A DNA stretch of 63,119 nucleotides, filler included, from Octopus bimaculoides (lineage: Eukaryota): NCBI RefSeq assembly GCF_001194135.2. It is 5 parts of 5 records of this genome, joined end to end, with 100 filler letters (N's around TTAATTAATTAA, not from the genome) between each part and the next. Parts side by side here need not be neighbours in the genome. Positions count along the whole stretch, not along the records: positions 26,646 to 44,229 come from NC_068987.1; 4 more parts are not named here. The stretch is one strand, 5' to 3'. The notes below the pieces were generated by a model. It was not told the DNA's origin. It saw nothing but the letters and a program-made list of their open reading frames with translations, and did no database searches. Positions 26,804 through 40,166 of the stretch are shown here, piece by piece (position 1 is the stretch's first letter; each line of letters starts with the position of its first letter). Both the position numbers and the translations under genes were made by a program.

Positions 26804-27255
26804 ATATAATGAGCTAAAAGAAGTAGCTCAAAATGGTCGGTATTATGTATTTGAAAAATAAAGTGTATATAAATGCTGCACGAAACAAATTCTTGATTTA
26901 TTGAAACTATTTCCGGTTTTAAAGATCGTAGAAAATCGCTTAGCGGCAATTGAGGCCTGATCCCAAAGAAGAAAGGGAGTTAATGTCAAATATCAAAAGT
27001 TCCTTCCAGTTACAGGAAAGAAGTCTGATTATTTAAGGAATAGGAGGAAAGCTGTAGGTACATATATTTGCCTAACAGGCGTCATAAACGTGTTAGTTTA
27101 TCAACCTCATAGCCAGCAGAAGGAAACACTGTGAGATGTACATTTGGCCTTGGCAATTTGCATAGATGAAACAGTCACCCAGTGATCCGGTGACAATTCA
27201 CTCTTTTCTTTGTTCAAATATATGCCATTGCCAACTCAGATATTTCTCTTACCAC

Positions 27256-27311
<56 letters not shown>

Positions 27312-28305
27312 TAAACACGCACGTGTGTGTGGAAGAGAGAGCGTGCGAGTAATACATGTATGGCGAATTTGCTTTCATCAGGTTGTCTTGTGTTTTTGAA
27401 ATTTCCTAGACAGAATTTTCAGAAATATGCGCAGTGATAGAAAATCTCAGTTCTGACATTTATATAGTGTTTTTAACTTTTGTTATATGAGAATTTCCAA
27501 AATGAAGTTTTTCCGTTTTGGATAAACTGCAAGTTTATGTAAAGCTAGCATTTTTCAAAAGTTTTCCACTGAATGTCAAATTTTATTCTGCTGTTTTTCA
27601 ATTTACAAATATAGTTTGATAGTTACCTTATTTTTCTATCAATTATTCCGATAAAAAAAATATAGCGTGATTAGAAATAGTGGTATTTGAATTTAACTTC
27701 CATAATTCCGTCTGAATATATTCTCACGGCAACTCAGTTTCTTTTCATGCAATATGAAATTGGTTTCCAGAATAATTACCCCAGTGCTCCAGAACTGTTT
27801 TCAGAAGGCGTTTATCTTTGTTTCTGCAAAATCAATTAACTATTGTTTTGTGAGGTAGGAATACTGTAATACTGTTTGTTTTTATACTTTTTTATTTGAT
27901 GCACAGCTATAACGTAATTTTAAATCATTTCTATTAAGTAATTTCATATAACGGTCAATGATCAAGAAATTTCTATTAGTTAAGCCTAAGAATGCTTAGT
28001 TATGTTAGAAGTAATGTTTTGTCAGAAGAAAAAGTTAAACCTAGAAGAACTTTTAGTTGGTGGGAGAGGATTTGGAGTAGAATGGGTCATATATTCTTAC
28101 GTTTGTTGTTAGTGTGTTATCCTTGCCCACACACATACACATTCACATACACACACACGCGCATACACACACATATATACATATATATATATACAGGCAC
28201 ACCCACTGTAAACGTGATTATATCTATCAAATATATATATAGATGGATATGTGAGTAAATTTATGCATGTATATCTATCCATCTATCTATCAGTCTGTTC
28301 ATCTA

Positions 28306-28340
<35 letters not shown>

Positions 28341-28480
28341 CTCTACCTATCTGTCTATCTATCGATCTATCTATCTATTTTTCTGTCTGTTTGTTTATCT
28401 CTCTCTCTCTTTGTGTATCTATTTATCTATTACCTATTTATCTGTTTTATTAAGACGGGGGAGGATGATTAATTGCTACC

Positions 28481-28517
<37 letters not shown>

Positions 28518-28544
28518 AAGAGAGAGAGATAGGGAGAGAGATAG

Positions 28545-28610
<66 letters not shown>

Positions 28611-29033
28611 TGTAGATATCTCTCGTCCTTCGTTGGTTTATCATTATGCTAGACTATTATTATCTAATCATCGGTAACCATCTGATATTGTACTTGGTGT
28701 ATGTAAAACTACATCAATCTACGTGTCTTCATTTTTGGTCAAAAGTTTTGCACTGTTTGGTTTTTACAAGTAACTCAACGACGCTACTATATGTTTATAT
28801 ATGTTCTCGTGAATATAACGAGTGTGAAGGAGGATTCAGAATTATCAATAATTTGATGCCTGTGTACACGCATTTAAGTACTTCTGACTCGGATATATCC
28901 ACGATCGCCTGATTATCTTTGCAGGCCTTGCTTTAAAAATTTCCTGAAACATTAACTAAACGTAAGACACCTTTTGTTGATGTGTAGCTAATGTGCAACC
29001 AGCTTCAAATGTGAATATTTAATGTCTAAGTTA

Positions 29034-29597
29034 TAGGCAGGCGCAGACGTGACTGTCTGGTAAGAAGTTTGCTTCCCAACCACATGGTTCCGGGCTCAGT
29101 CTCACAGCGTCGCACATTGGGCAAGTGTCTTCAACTATAGCCTCAGGCTGACCAGAGCTTTGTGAGTGGAGTTCGTTGTTGTTGGCACTCCGTCGCTTAC
29201 GACGGCGAGGGTTCCAGTTGATCCGATCAACGGAACAGCCAGCTCGTGAAATTAAGGTGCAAGTGGCTGAGCACTCCACAGACACGTGTACCCTTAACGT
29301 AGTTCTCGGTGATATTCAGCGTGACACAGTGTGACAAGGTTGACCCTTTGAATTACAGGCACAACAGAAGCAGGAAGAAAGAGTGAGAGAAAGTTGTGGT
29401 GAAAAAGTACAGCAGGGTTCGCCACCGTCCCCTGCCGGAGCCTCGTGGAACTTTAGGTGTTTTCGCTCAATAAACACTCACAACTCCCGGTCTGGGAATC
29501 GAAACCGCAATACTATGACCGCGAGTCCGCTGCCCTAACCACTGGGCCATTGCGCCTCCACAAGTGGAGTTGGTATATGTATATATATATTATATAC

Positions 29598-29629
<32 letters not shown>

Positions 29630-29873
29630 GTATGTGTGTGGGTTTATCTTTGTGTCTGTGTTTGTCGCCACGGCTGACATTCGGTGTTGGTGTCTTGGTG
29701 TCTTTACGTTCTCATAATCTAGCGGTTCAGTAAAATAGACCAATAGAATAAGTACCGGGCTTTAAAAAAATATATATATACTGTGGTCGATTCATTCGAC
29801 TAAAAGTCCTCCAATGCGGTGCCCCAGCATGGCCACCGTCTAGTGACTGAAGTAAACAAAATAAAAAAAAAAC
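29034..29873 (+). mobile_element. SINE family A host copy containing a nested SINE C
   Basis: Head 29034-29173, tail 29572-29873. Confidence 0.85.
29174..29562 (-). mobile_element. tRNA-derived SINE family C with a 9-bp TSD
   Basis: Minus-strand head TGGCCCAGTGG (A box) and GGTTTCGATTCCC (B box); AGTGGAGTT at 29165-29173 and 29563-29571. Confidence 0.9.
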
Positions 29874-32800
29874 ATAGATATGGTTATGATTTTGATCTCA
29901 TGAGATGATAAGCATCTATGTATTTGAAGTTGAGGATATTGTAGATGGAATTGATAACTGCTACGTTTCTCTTGATGAAATAATTGTGAGGGTAAAAAAA
30001 AAAGACAAGTTCTGAACTTAACGCTAATAGAACTGGACCAGGCATTCTACAGTTTCTGCAATTCCGTTGTCTTTCTTTTAATGGCTGCTTTCTTTTAATT
30101 AGATTGATGAGGGGCAGGGAGAAAATTATCCTCAGATTGAAACTTGTCTTGAATGCTTGCAACAAAGTGGACCTTGAGGTATAGGTGATGGTGTTAAACC
30201 GGTTGATGGATTAAGCGTACTATCTGACGAGCTTCCATATAATTTCCTCCTATGGAATTTCTCTTAAAATGATTGAGTCAACCAGAGACTACAGTAGAAG
30301 AAAATTTTACGAAATGTCAAGAAGGAGAACGGGACCTAAAGCCATGCAGCTGCGAGTTAAACCTCTTAAACACGCAACCATGCATCACTTCACGTTAAAA
30401 AAGAATAATTAATGGGAAAAGAATAGGCAAAATTAGTAGAGTGCCAAAGGAAATACTTCGTGATAATTAATGGTTCTGTGCTAAAACATCTGCGAATCCT
30501 TTAGGATTCCATGAAATAAGTTTCAGTCAAATATTTGTTTCAGTTACTAGACTACACCTACTTCAATACAAAGTAGTGGGATAATTATATAGGTGATGGG
30601 TTAGAATCTGTAGAGCCTTGACAATATAAAATGTGATATTTACTTACGTTCTTTTAATGCGTAAATTCAAATCACTCTGAGATCGGCGTCACTTATTATC
30701 ATTCTGGGGTCGATTGAAACAAGTGCTTATCTAGTACTGGGCCAATGAAACAAACTGTTTCCCTTGCTTAAATATTTGTGGCCTAGCACCGTTGCAAAAA
30801 ACCTTTATCACCACACGGGAGAAGTAAAATCTATTTTTATCTTAATTTCTGACAATAGTTGAACGATACACTGATGAAGCTATCACTAAAGCAATTCCAC
30901 CAGCTTTTGAAATTAGTACGTATATATTTTGTAACCACAAAGATCAGAAACTTAGAACACTCCCCGTCTGTCCAAGTTATACGTTTCACTAAAGCGATAA
31001 GCTTAACTAGGTTGTAACTGTTTACATTTCCACTGCAGAGACGTTTAAGCTAATAATAAGCATACAGTTTATGACTTACCACTAGTTTATGAAGAAGCAT
31101 TTAGATGGCTACCCACTCTACCTATGGGAAATAACAGCTAAAACTTCCTTGTGTGATACTAAACCAACTTAGAAAAAAAAATTAATATTGGGTCATGGAA
31201 TTATAGATAAGTCGCTAAGAAAATAGAAAGAGATTGGACAAGATCAAAATAATTCTGATTAAAAGTATATTCGATAAAGAGTAACCCAACATGCGCATAC
31301 ACACATATATCTAGAAATACTAATAAATATACATATATACATACACACACACACACACACACGTGCATGCTCACACACATGTATATATACATATATATAT
31401 ATATAAATGATATAATATATATATATATATGCATGNNNNNNNNNNAAATGATATAATACATATATATATATGCATGTATACATACGTATATGTACATACT
31501 TACATATATACGTATATACATATGCATATGTGGGCACACGACGTCACAGAACGTAAACAACAAAAAATACGAAAATATGGAATACGAAATACGAATACAT
31601 GGAATATGAACTTTTTTTGCAAACAACGAAGGAAACAAATGGAAAACAAAACACGCAACATAAAGAACGACCCTTCATCAGTTGTCGACTGTTTTTTCTA
31701 ATCCGTATTTCGAGCATTTCACGACAAGATACGCCTTCGATAAAACAGCTGCAAAGCAAATTAAATAAAATTTAGGATTTTGCAGAAGGTCAATATTAGT
31801 AACACACACACACACACGTACACACACACGCGCGCGCACATACACATACATATATATATATATATCTGTTTGTCGTAGCTGGAGTTAATAGTAGCCACTG
31901 AATTTATCAAAAGTTGTTGCTGAAGGATCGTTGGCAAACTGTTTTGAATGCGTATATATAGTGGGATGGTGATTTTAAAGAGGTTGTTGTTTTAAAGGGA
32001 TTGGCATTTGATTTCTTTGTACTGTTGATTTTTCCTCAGGACTGGTTACCCATGCGATTGTCCTTAGCTGACCTTTAAGATTCGGCCTATACGTACAGAT
32101 ACGTGTTGGTTCACATATACATTCATATACATGCTAACGATCAGCGTTAATATTATTTGGAGCGGTGCTGTTTATTCTTTCACCCTGTGCTTTCTTATTT
32201 TGCGACTAACCAGCATATGAGATCTAACATACGTACCTATATCTCATAATGTAAGGAAACGGTTGCGTAATCAAGTATCTGCACGCTTGGAGAACTATGT
32301 TGCATAGAAACAATTGTAGTGATGGAAAATAAATGTCCATCCGTACACATTGGTGATTCCAAATTTCTTCAATTATCTATTCACACACAAGAGAAGCTCC
32401 AACGTAAACCTGGAAGTACGTATAATATTACTACTGTATAGCAGAGTGTATATATATATATATATATATNNNNNNNNNNNNNNNNNNNNNNNNNNNNNNN
32501 NNNNNNNNNNNNNNNNNNNNNNNNNNNNNNNNNNNNNNNNNNNNNNNNNNNNNNNNNNNNNNNNNNNNNNNNNNNNNNNNNNNNNNNNNNNNNNNNNNNN
32601 NNNNNNNNNNNNNNNNNNNNNNNNNNNNNNNNNNNNNNNNNNNNNNNNNNNNNNNNNNNNNNNNNNNNNNNNNNNNNNNNNNNNNNNNNNNNNNNNNNNN
32701 NNNNNNNNNNNNNNNNNNNNNNNNNNNNNNNNNNNNNNNNNNNNNNNNNNNNNNNNNNNNNNNNNNNNNNNNNNNNNNNNNNNNNNNNNNNNNNNNNNNN

Positions 32801-32933
32801 NNNNNNNNNNNNNNNNNNNNNNNNNNNNNNNNNNNNNNNNNNNNNNNNNNNNNNNNNNNNNNNNNNNNNNNNNNNNNNNNNNNNNNNNNNNNNNNNNNNN
32901 NNNNNNNNNNNNNNNNNNNNNNNNNNNNNNNNN

Positions 32934-32997
<64 letters not shown>

Positions 32998-34449
32998 CAC
33001 ACGCACGCACACGCACTTATATCTGTATACATATTTATATATATTCTTCTATATATACATTTTAGTAACACTGAAAGTATGCGTATTGTACACTGGTTGG
33101 GTGGATGAATATTTCAAATAAGACTGTTATTCGCTATACGATTTTTGCAAGTCAAGCTGATTTATTCAGTTGGAGTTTGAAGTATTAATGACACTCTACC
33201 ATGGATTCTACTAGAGTACACTAGAAATCTTAGATGACACGAGATTTCAACAACATTGATTTGGTTATGCATGAACATATAAAGATTATAAATACTCTAT
33301 AAAAATAAGTAATTAACGAGGTTGTTTGCATGTCAAAATTACATGTAATGAAGTTTTATTTTTGTAGCTGTTGATGACTGATTGTTACAACCTTGGATAT
33401 TATAAGATGAAGTTCACTATCGGTTTAATATTGTAGGTGTAACACGTAGCACAGATTAGATCAATCATTAATTCTCAAGCATTAACGGTGAACGATTTAC
33501 TTCACTGGTCAATTATATCTATCACCTTAAAGCCGAGGCTATTCCTTAAGACACTTCTTGGTAAATAACAAGGACTGGAAAACCGTACACGGAGGATGTC
33601 AACTACCGTGTAATTATTATCTTGCCATGAATCCTTCGGAATATTGCGTAAGAATGAAGACCGCCTCTCTGATCTAATTACCTCATGTCGCTATCGCTAT
33701 TACAGGACTTTTTCTAATTACTATAAATCCATACTATACTTATTACAATTTTACTGTTTTACTCTGATAGCGTCTTTTTTATTCTCTTCATACACATTTT
33801 GGCTCTGACATAATTTATGTGTTTCTTTGGAATCAGCCGATCTGACCCATCTTTCTCACTCTTAATTTTTATAGCGGTCAGGTTTCCTTTGGTCTTGCCT
33901 ACCTAGCTACTTTTCTCATTCTTAATCTTATAGCCAATGTATATTTCTAGTGATAGCTGGATTCTTATAATAACTGCACAGGTTTATCAAAATTCGTGTT
34001 AGTTGTTACACCTAAAATGTTAAGTCAATACTGGACTTAATCGCATTATGTAAATGGTTGTAGGGAATAGTCATCAACTATCCGAAACAGCTATAAAGAT
34101 AAAGCCTGATTACATCATTTAATTCATATAGGCAGGTTTTCACATTAATACATTATTTACACCTGTTGTTGCTTGTCTGATATTTCTGTTTCCAAACTCG
34201 GTCGATGAAGATCGTTCTTATAGGCGACTTCTACCTCTGCACTACCTATTCTTGAGGAAGAAGTCGAAAATTAAGCTTCAGATTTTTTTAAGTATTAACA
34301 GGATGCTATGTATACCTCGCTTACAGTTACATTATATAACCCAATCTTTATGTATCTCCCCAGTAGACTACTGTTGTTTTGTCTGGCGTTGCTTATTCCT
34401 TCGGTCCACGCTTTCTTATTTTGCTACTGACCACAATATTCGATGATCA

Positions 34450-34780
34450 TATCTCTATCACCCGTTCTTTTGCAAAAGAGTTTTGCTTCAGTATCTTTAG
34501 ATTGAGTTTCATACCCATTCTCACCTTTGGTTATAAATATTGGGCAGTGATCGAAAGAGTACGATCGCGAATACAAGAGCTGAAATGAGGTTCCTCAGAA
34601 GGATCCACGGAGTAACGTTACTCCGTGCGTAGCTCGGAGTTCAAGGAATCTCTCCAGGTCAAGCTGCTACTTCTCTGCTTTAAGGGATCGCACCTCTGGT
34701 ACACGGACGTGTGGCTAGAATGCCACAGGAAAAAATCGCAGGACGGATTCTTCGAGATGAGTCAACTGGCAAGAGATTGC
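34450..34780 (+). mobile_element. RTE/Expander-type C-terminal fragment
   Basis: SIFRLSFIPILTFGYKYWAVIERVRSRIQ, then EMRFLRRIHGVTLL and MARMPQEKIAGRIL. Confidence 0.85.
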
Positions 34781-34930
34781 AGGATAATATCTATAGTCAC
34801 AGTTATTGGGGACACTTGAGAATTCAGAAGGAAGATCCAATGAGATTAGTTTTCACTGAATCCACTGGAAGAGTACATGAGGACTTTACCCTTACAACCC
34901 ACCCATAAATAATGGAGGGATACAATAAAT

Positions 34931-35005
<75 letters not shown>

Positions 35006-35144
35006 AATTTATGTGCGTCTCTCTCCCTCTCTCAATCTCTATGCACATGCATATATTGATCAACGATAAAGAGTAAGTTGTTCTATTGACTAAATTTCCT
35101 GTTTCTGAATTAACGTTTAAGTTCCACCGTATTCTACAGACGCA

Positions 35145-35435
35145 AGTGTCACTCCGTCGGTTATGACGATGAGAGTTCCAGTTTATCCGATCAACAGAAC
35201 AAACTGCTCGTGAAATTCAGATGCAAGTGGCTCAGCGGGGAGATTCAAAGTGACACAGAATGTAACAAGGTTGGCCCTTTGAAATGCAGATACTACTCAT
35301 CTTTGTCAGCTTCGTGGACTGCATCAACGTGAAATAAAGTGTCTTGCTCAAAGACACAACGCATCACCGGGTATTGAACTCAGGACCTTACGATCGTGAG
35401 TCGAATACCCTAACCACTAAGCCGCGCCCCTTCAC
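35145..35435 (-). mobile_element. tRNA-derived SINE (family C-related)
   Basis: Shares CCGATCAAC..GCTCGTGAAATT..GCAAGTGGCT with 29200-29270; minus head CGGCTTAGTGG / GAGTTCAATACCC. Confidence 0.85.
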
Positions 35436-36197
35436 ATAGACACAAGTACCTCTAGCATAATTCTCGGGTAGAGTCAATCTGACAAGGCTGTGTCATTTTA
35501 ATTACATGTGTAGTCTGTCCAGCGAGCTTCTATGTACATACAGTGTGCTTGGTTTCACTCACAAGTTATGAGTCTATTCGAGGCTATAGAAACTGATACT
35601 TGTTCACGATGCCATGCGAGGTGACCGAATCCAGAGCTGTGTAACTGCAAAGCGAATTTCTTTATCATTCGGCCATATTGTATCGTTTCTCTCTCTGTAA
35701 ACCGATTTTTAAGGTAATTCAACTGTAGCATCTCATAGGATTACTTTATAAACTATACTTTTGTCTTATTCAAGGCAGTCTGGTGTAGTATGAAGCAGAT
35801 TTGGCTGTTATTTCAATCTATCACATAGACAGCGCTCCGTTGTGTTAAAGACAATTTAGTTATACGTTACGATAAGACCAGTTCATTGCCTACGATGGTA
35901 AACTGTCAACTAAAACAATATAGGTTTGTACGTGTACATGGAATGAAAACAGCGGGTTGAGATTCTTGTCATTATCTCAATTTAGAAAGATAAATTGGCT
36001 TCGCAACATTTGTTCCGACTCTGAAATTTGAATTAAAATTCTATCGTTATCAACTTTGACTCTCATTTTTCGGGCCGATTAAAAACAGTGGATTGGCAGG
36101 TCTCTAAGAACGCCAAACCAGATACCTTGCGATATTCTCAGTTCATTGAGTTTTGAGTTCAAGTCTCGACATTGCCTACATAGGTAGAAGACTTAAC

Positions 36198-36327
36198 CTG
36201 TTTGCCTAGTCCTAAGAGGGCTTTACTTCGTTGTAAGTATTCGGGTTCAGGCTTGAAGATACTTTCTTCACTCTCTTCCACTAGCCTCGGAGGCCCTTCA
36301 AAAGTGTTGTGGACGCTATCTTCCATC
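36198..36327 (-). CDS. Candidate host coding exon, (R)MEDSVHNTFEGPPRLVEESEESIFKPEPEYLQRSKALLGLGKQ, product unrecognised
   Basis: Acceptor CTTTTTTTATCTTATAGTCAG|G, donor CAG|GTTAAG; only one frame open; non-repetitive sequence. Confidence 0.5.
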
Positions 36328-36456
36328 CTGACTATAAGATAAAAAAAGAATATGAAGAATGTAATCTTCAATTGATCTATGATTAAAAGCATTTCAATTG
36401 TGACTTTCATATTTCTGTATTACAGGGTCAATACACACTAATGAATGTCTCTTTAC

Positions 36457-36472
36457 CTTTTGCATAATGGCT
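36457..36472 (-). CDS. Candidate 16-nt microexon AGCCATTATGCAAAAG
   Basis: Acceptor TTCCTTCTCTTTTTTCTCCGACAG, donor AAG|GTAAAG; a 129-nt intron joins it in frame (xPLCKR-MEDSV) to 36327. Confidence 0.45.
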
Positions 36473-36831
36473 CTGTCGGAGAAAAAAGAGAAGGAAAGTA
36501 GCAGTTAAACTGTTTTCAGGATACATGGGACTTGTAAGAGGAAAATAGTAAATTATTTTTAGACCTGAGACCTAATCTGAGTGTTTGTAGCAGTGTGAAC
36601 TTCACAGAAAAAGAAGAAAAAAAAACAAAGAAAACACTCCACGTCCTTTTTGTAAGCTTCTCAAAAGGACCTTTTGTAAATGCTTCAAAATGATGTTAAA
36701 CCGTGAGACGGGAGTTTGCTGTTTGTCATCGCAATGTAATGTTAATTGGATACGAACTAAATACACTTCGATTGGTAGTGGAGCACTCACGCAACCAATC
36801 AACTGACACACACCTGACACTGCTGCTGCTG

Positions 36832-36888
<57 letters not shown>

Positions 36889-38888
36889 TACAGAAATTAT
36901 AAATTATGTCGACGTGTATTCAACAAAAGAACCATACATTTATCGAAGCATTCACATGAATGGCGTGGGTAACAAAAACCTCTCGTATGATTTTAAATGC
37001 CGGATGTATAAAGAGAGGCGAACATTATTAAAGAAAGATATATTTTTGAAAATTATTTAGCATCCGGATTGGTTGTCGTTTATAATATTTTTAGACAAAG
37101 AATACACACATACTATGGACATTTGAAGTCTTATCTTTCTCCTCAATTTGCTTTATTCTCTTTCACTATTCTCCGTTACAACGAAATATCTAGTGTTTTG
37201 ATGTTAGATATTGGCGCTTCTCAGTCTTTGTGCACGGTTTTCGATTAAGATCTCTAGAATGGTATTCTCTATTATATTTTTTCTCTTCAGCTTAGAATTC
37301 ATTTTATAATGGAATTTTGAAACTAGAATTACTGTTATGGATGGGAATATAATTAATGGAGTGGAAAATAAATCCAGTTTTGTATTTATCACTACTTTTA
37401 TTTATTTATTTATTTTTAATTGAAAAAAGAAATCAATTTCGTTTAATACCATTTCAGCTATTTCTTTTCTTATCTATTTAATAGATTTTAATATTTTCGT
37501 CTAAATTTCTTCGTGATAATTATTAATGCTCATCATTTAAATTACGAAATTATTTCGAATCAATATATTACCTCAGTTTAAACTAAAAGTAACTATATCA
37601 GCGAGTGAATAAAATTGTATATTATATACGTATATGTACGTAATGTATGTCTATATGCATACATAAGTGTTTGTGTATACTTTTATAAAAATATACAAGT
37701 ACGCACACACACATGTATATGTAAATTTATACACATATAAGTAAATATATTGATATATTCCCCAATATATATATATACACATTCAAATAATATGTGCTTA
37801 TAAATGTAAAAGAAATTATATATATAAATTAATATATCTATATATATATTATCTCTCTCCCTTTCCTTCTGTCTATCTATCTATCTATCTAGCTATCTAT
37901 ATTTGTATATATTTGTATATATCAATTTTATTATATATTATATATATCTATATTCATATATTCAAATATACTTACAATATATGTATTTTGAATAATACAC
38001 TTGTCTTTTATGTATATCTCTCGATCTATCCATTTCTATATACATACATATACAGTTACATGTATTAAACTATATATATATATGTGTATATGCATATATA
38101 ATATATATAACACATAGTTATATATATATACAATCATATACAATCATATACATATATGTATATATGTATGTATTTTTCCCTTTTCTTTCTCTCACCCTCT
38201 CGTTTCTATTCTAGCCTTTCTACTTTATCCTTTTCTCTCCCACCATTTCTAACCTTTCTTCTCTCTGTCGCCTTCTCTTCCCCTCTCTTGCAGTCTTTCT
38301 CCTCTGCTTGCTGCTGTCATGTGACCCGCGACCAGCTGTCTCCCTTTCTCACACTGGTCCCGTAGCTGACTAGTCACAAATTCTCAGTCCCTCCGTTCTC
38401 TCTCCTGTATCTAGCGTTGCACACTACTCTTGTCTTCTTGGCCCATGGCCGATTTTGCTTTTCTGTTCGTCCTTGTCCACCGTCCTAAATCACACTCTGT
38501 GTTGTTTTGCTTTGTTTTGTTTGTTCTCGGCCCCGAATTCTCCGTCTTATCAGTAATGGTGCGAAACTGAGTATTATCAATTGGTTGATAACTGATGAAG
38601 AATTAAGGACCTTCTGCGTTTGTTTCCCGCCCAGTTGTACACTCAGCATACGTTATGTCGTTAGTTTATTTACCATATATGTTTTCATATAATTATATAT
38701 TCTTTTGTTTTCAGTAAAAGGCACTTAATTTTTATTTAACCATAAAAGGCTAATACACAGAAGGGACAATACAGGACAAACAAAACATAGGGATCAAAAT
38801 AGCGTATGGATAATGAAAGAGTGGGAGTGATAAAAATGGAGTGATGGACATGGGGACCTCGCAAACCCCGCAAACCCAGCATCATCAC

Positions 38889-39215
38889 TGATCTTCTTTT
38901 AGAATTACTGGTACTTACGTTCAAGTCATCTCACACATGTAAAAAGGCATACACTCTTCATTCACAAATCAGAACAGACAAGATGGGTTGGAGCAACATA
39001 TGATTAGATAACATGTAACACTTAATGAAAAAGGAATATCGCATTGTCTTTTGATCTTCTTTTAGGATCACTGGTACTCTACATTCAATCATCTTACACA
39101 TGTAGCAAGGCATACACTCTTCATTCACGGTACAGGCCAGACAAAATGGTTTGAATCAACATATGATTAAATAACGTGCAACGATTGATGAGAAAGGACA
39201 TTGCATTGTCCTTTG
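38889..39215. repeat. Two tandem ~163-bp diverged copies
   Basis: TGATCTTCTTTTAG..CTGGTAC..ACACATGTA..AGGCATACACTCTTCATTCAC..CAACATATGATTA..GCATTGTC begins at 38889 and 39052. Confidence 0.85.
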
Positions 39216-39653
39216 AGTTAGCTGGTGTTCGGGTGCGGAGGGGCTACTTATGGGGTAACACGTGAATTTCTAAATGTATGTTTAGCTAGGGTGGTTTATT
39301 GCCCCCGGTGTTGCTGGCGGTAATATATATATATATATATATATANNNNNNNNNNNNNNNNNNNNNNNNNNNNNNNNNNNNNNNNNNNNNNNNNNNNNNN
39401 NNNNNNNNNNNNNNNNNNNNNNNNNNNNNNNNNNNNNNNNNNNNNNNNNNNNNNNNNNNNNNNNNNNNNNNNNNNNNNNNNNNNNNNNNNNNNNNNNNNN
39501 NNNNNNNNNNNNNNNNNNNNNNNNNNNNNNNNNNNNNNNNNNNNNNNNNNNNNNNNNNNNNNNNNNNNNNNNNNNNNNNNNNNNNNNNNNNNNNNNNNNN
39601 NNNNNNNNNNNNNNNNNNNNNNNNNNNNNNNNNNNNNNNNNNNNNNNNNNNNN

Positions 39654-39686
<33 letters not shown>

Positions 39687-40166
39687 TATATATATAATCT
39701 TTTCTACTTGTAATTAAAACAGAACAAGGTGAGTTACCCCTTTCCAAGGCAAAGGTCAGCTCTGTCATGTGTCGCTTGTAGTAGTAAACGCATTTGACCT
39801 CTGCTGACCGCAAGGGTGTGACACCTCTTTTGCTTCTTGATCGCACTACTACTGCTGCTGTTGCTGCTACTACTACAGCTACTGCTACTAATAATAACAA
39901 CTGTAATAATGATTTGCTTGCAGACAAACACACACATGCGACAGCGTTTACATCCTGAGGACAGAACATGTACAATCCCATTACCACTTCAACCACCACC
40001 GCCGCCGCCACCAACGCCATCGCCATCCTATTGGCAATAGCTCGGAAGTAATGCTAGTTGGTTCTACATGATGGTTCTGTCTTTCGTCTCCCTGTCTCTG
40101 TCTCTGTCTCTCTCTAGTTGTCAATTCAATATCTGCCTCTTTCTACGATGCTACATGAATTCTGTT

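Noticed and set aside
29480-29562. tRNA genes at SINE heads (also 35340-35435, 58170-58253)
   Set aside because: A and B boxes are present, but they are continuous with SINE bodies and lack a complete acceptor stem
31660-31730. Minus-strand GAAA...CTGATGAAGGG as a type II hammerhead
   Set aside because: Helix III and helix I cannot be formed
39721-39734. Plus-strand 6-nt microexon AACAAG|GTGAGT
   Set aside because: Weak pyrimidine tract, adjacent to a gap, no partner exons
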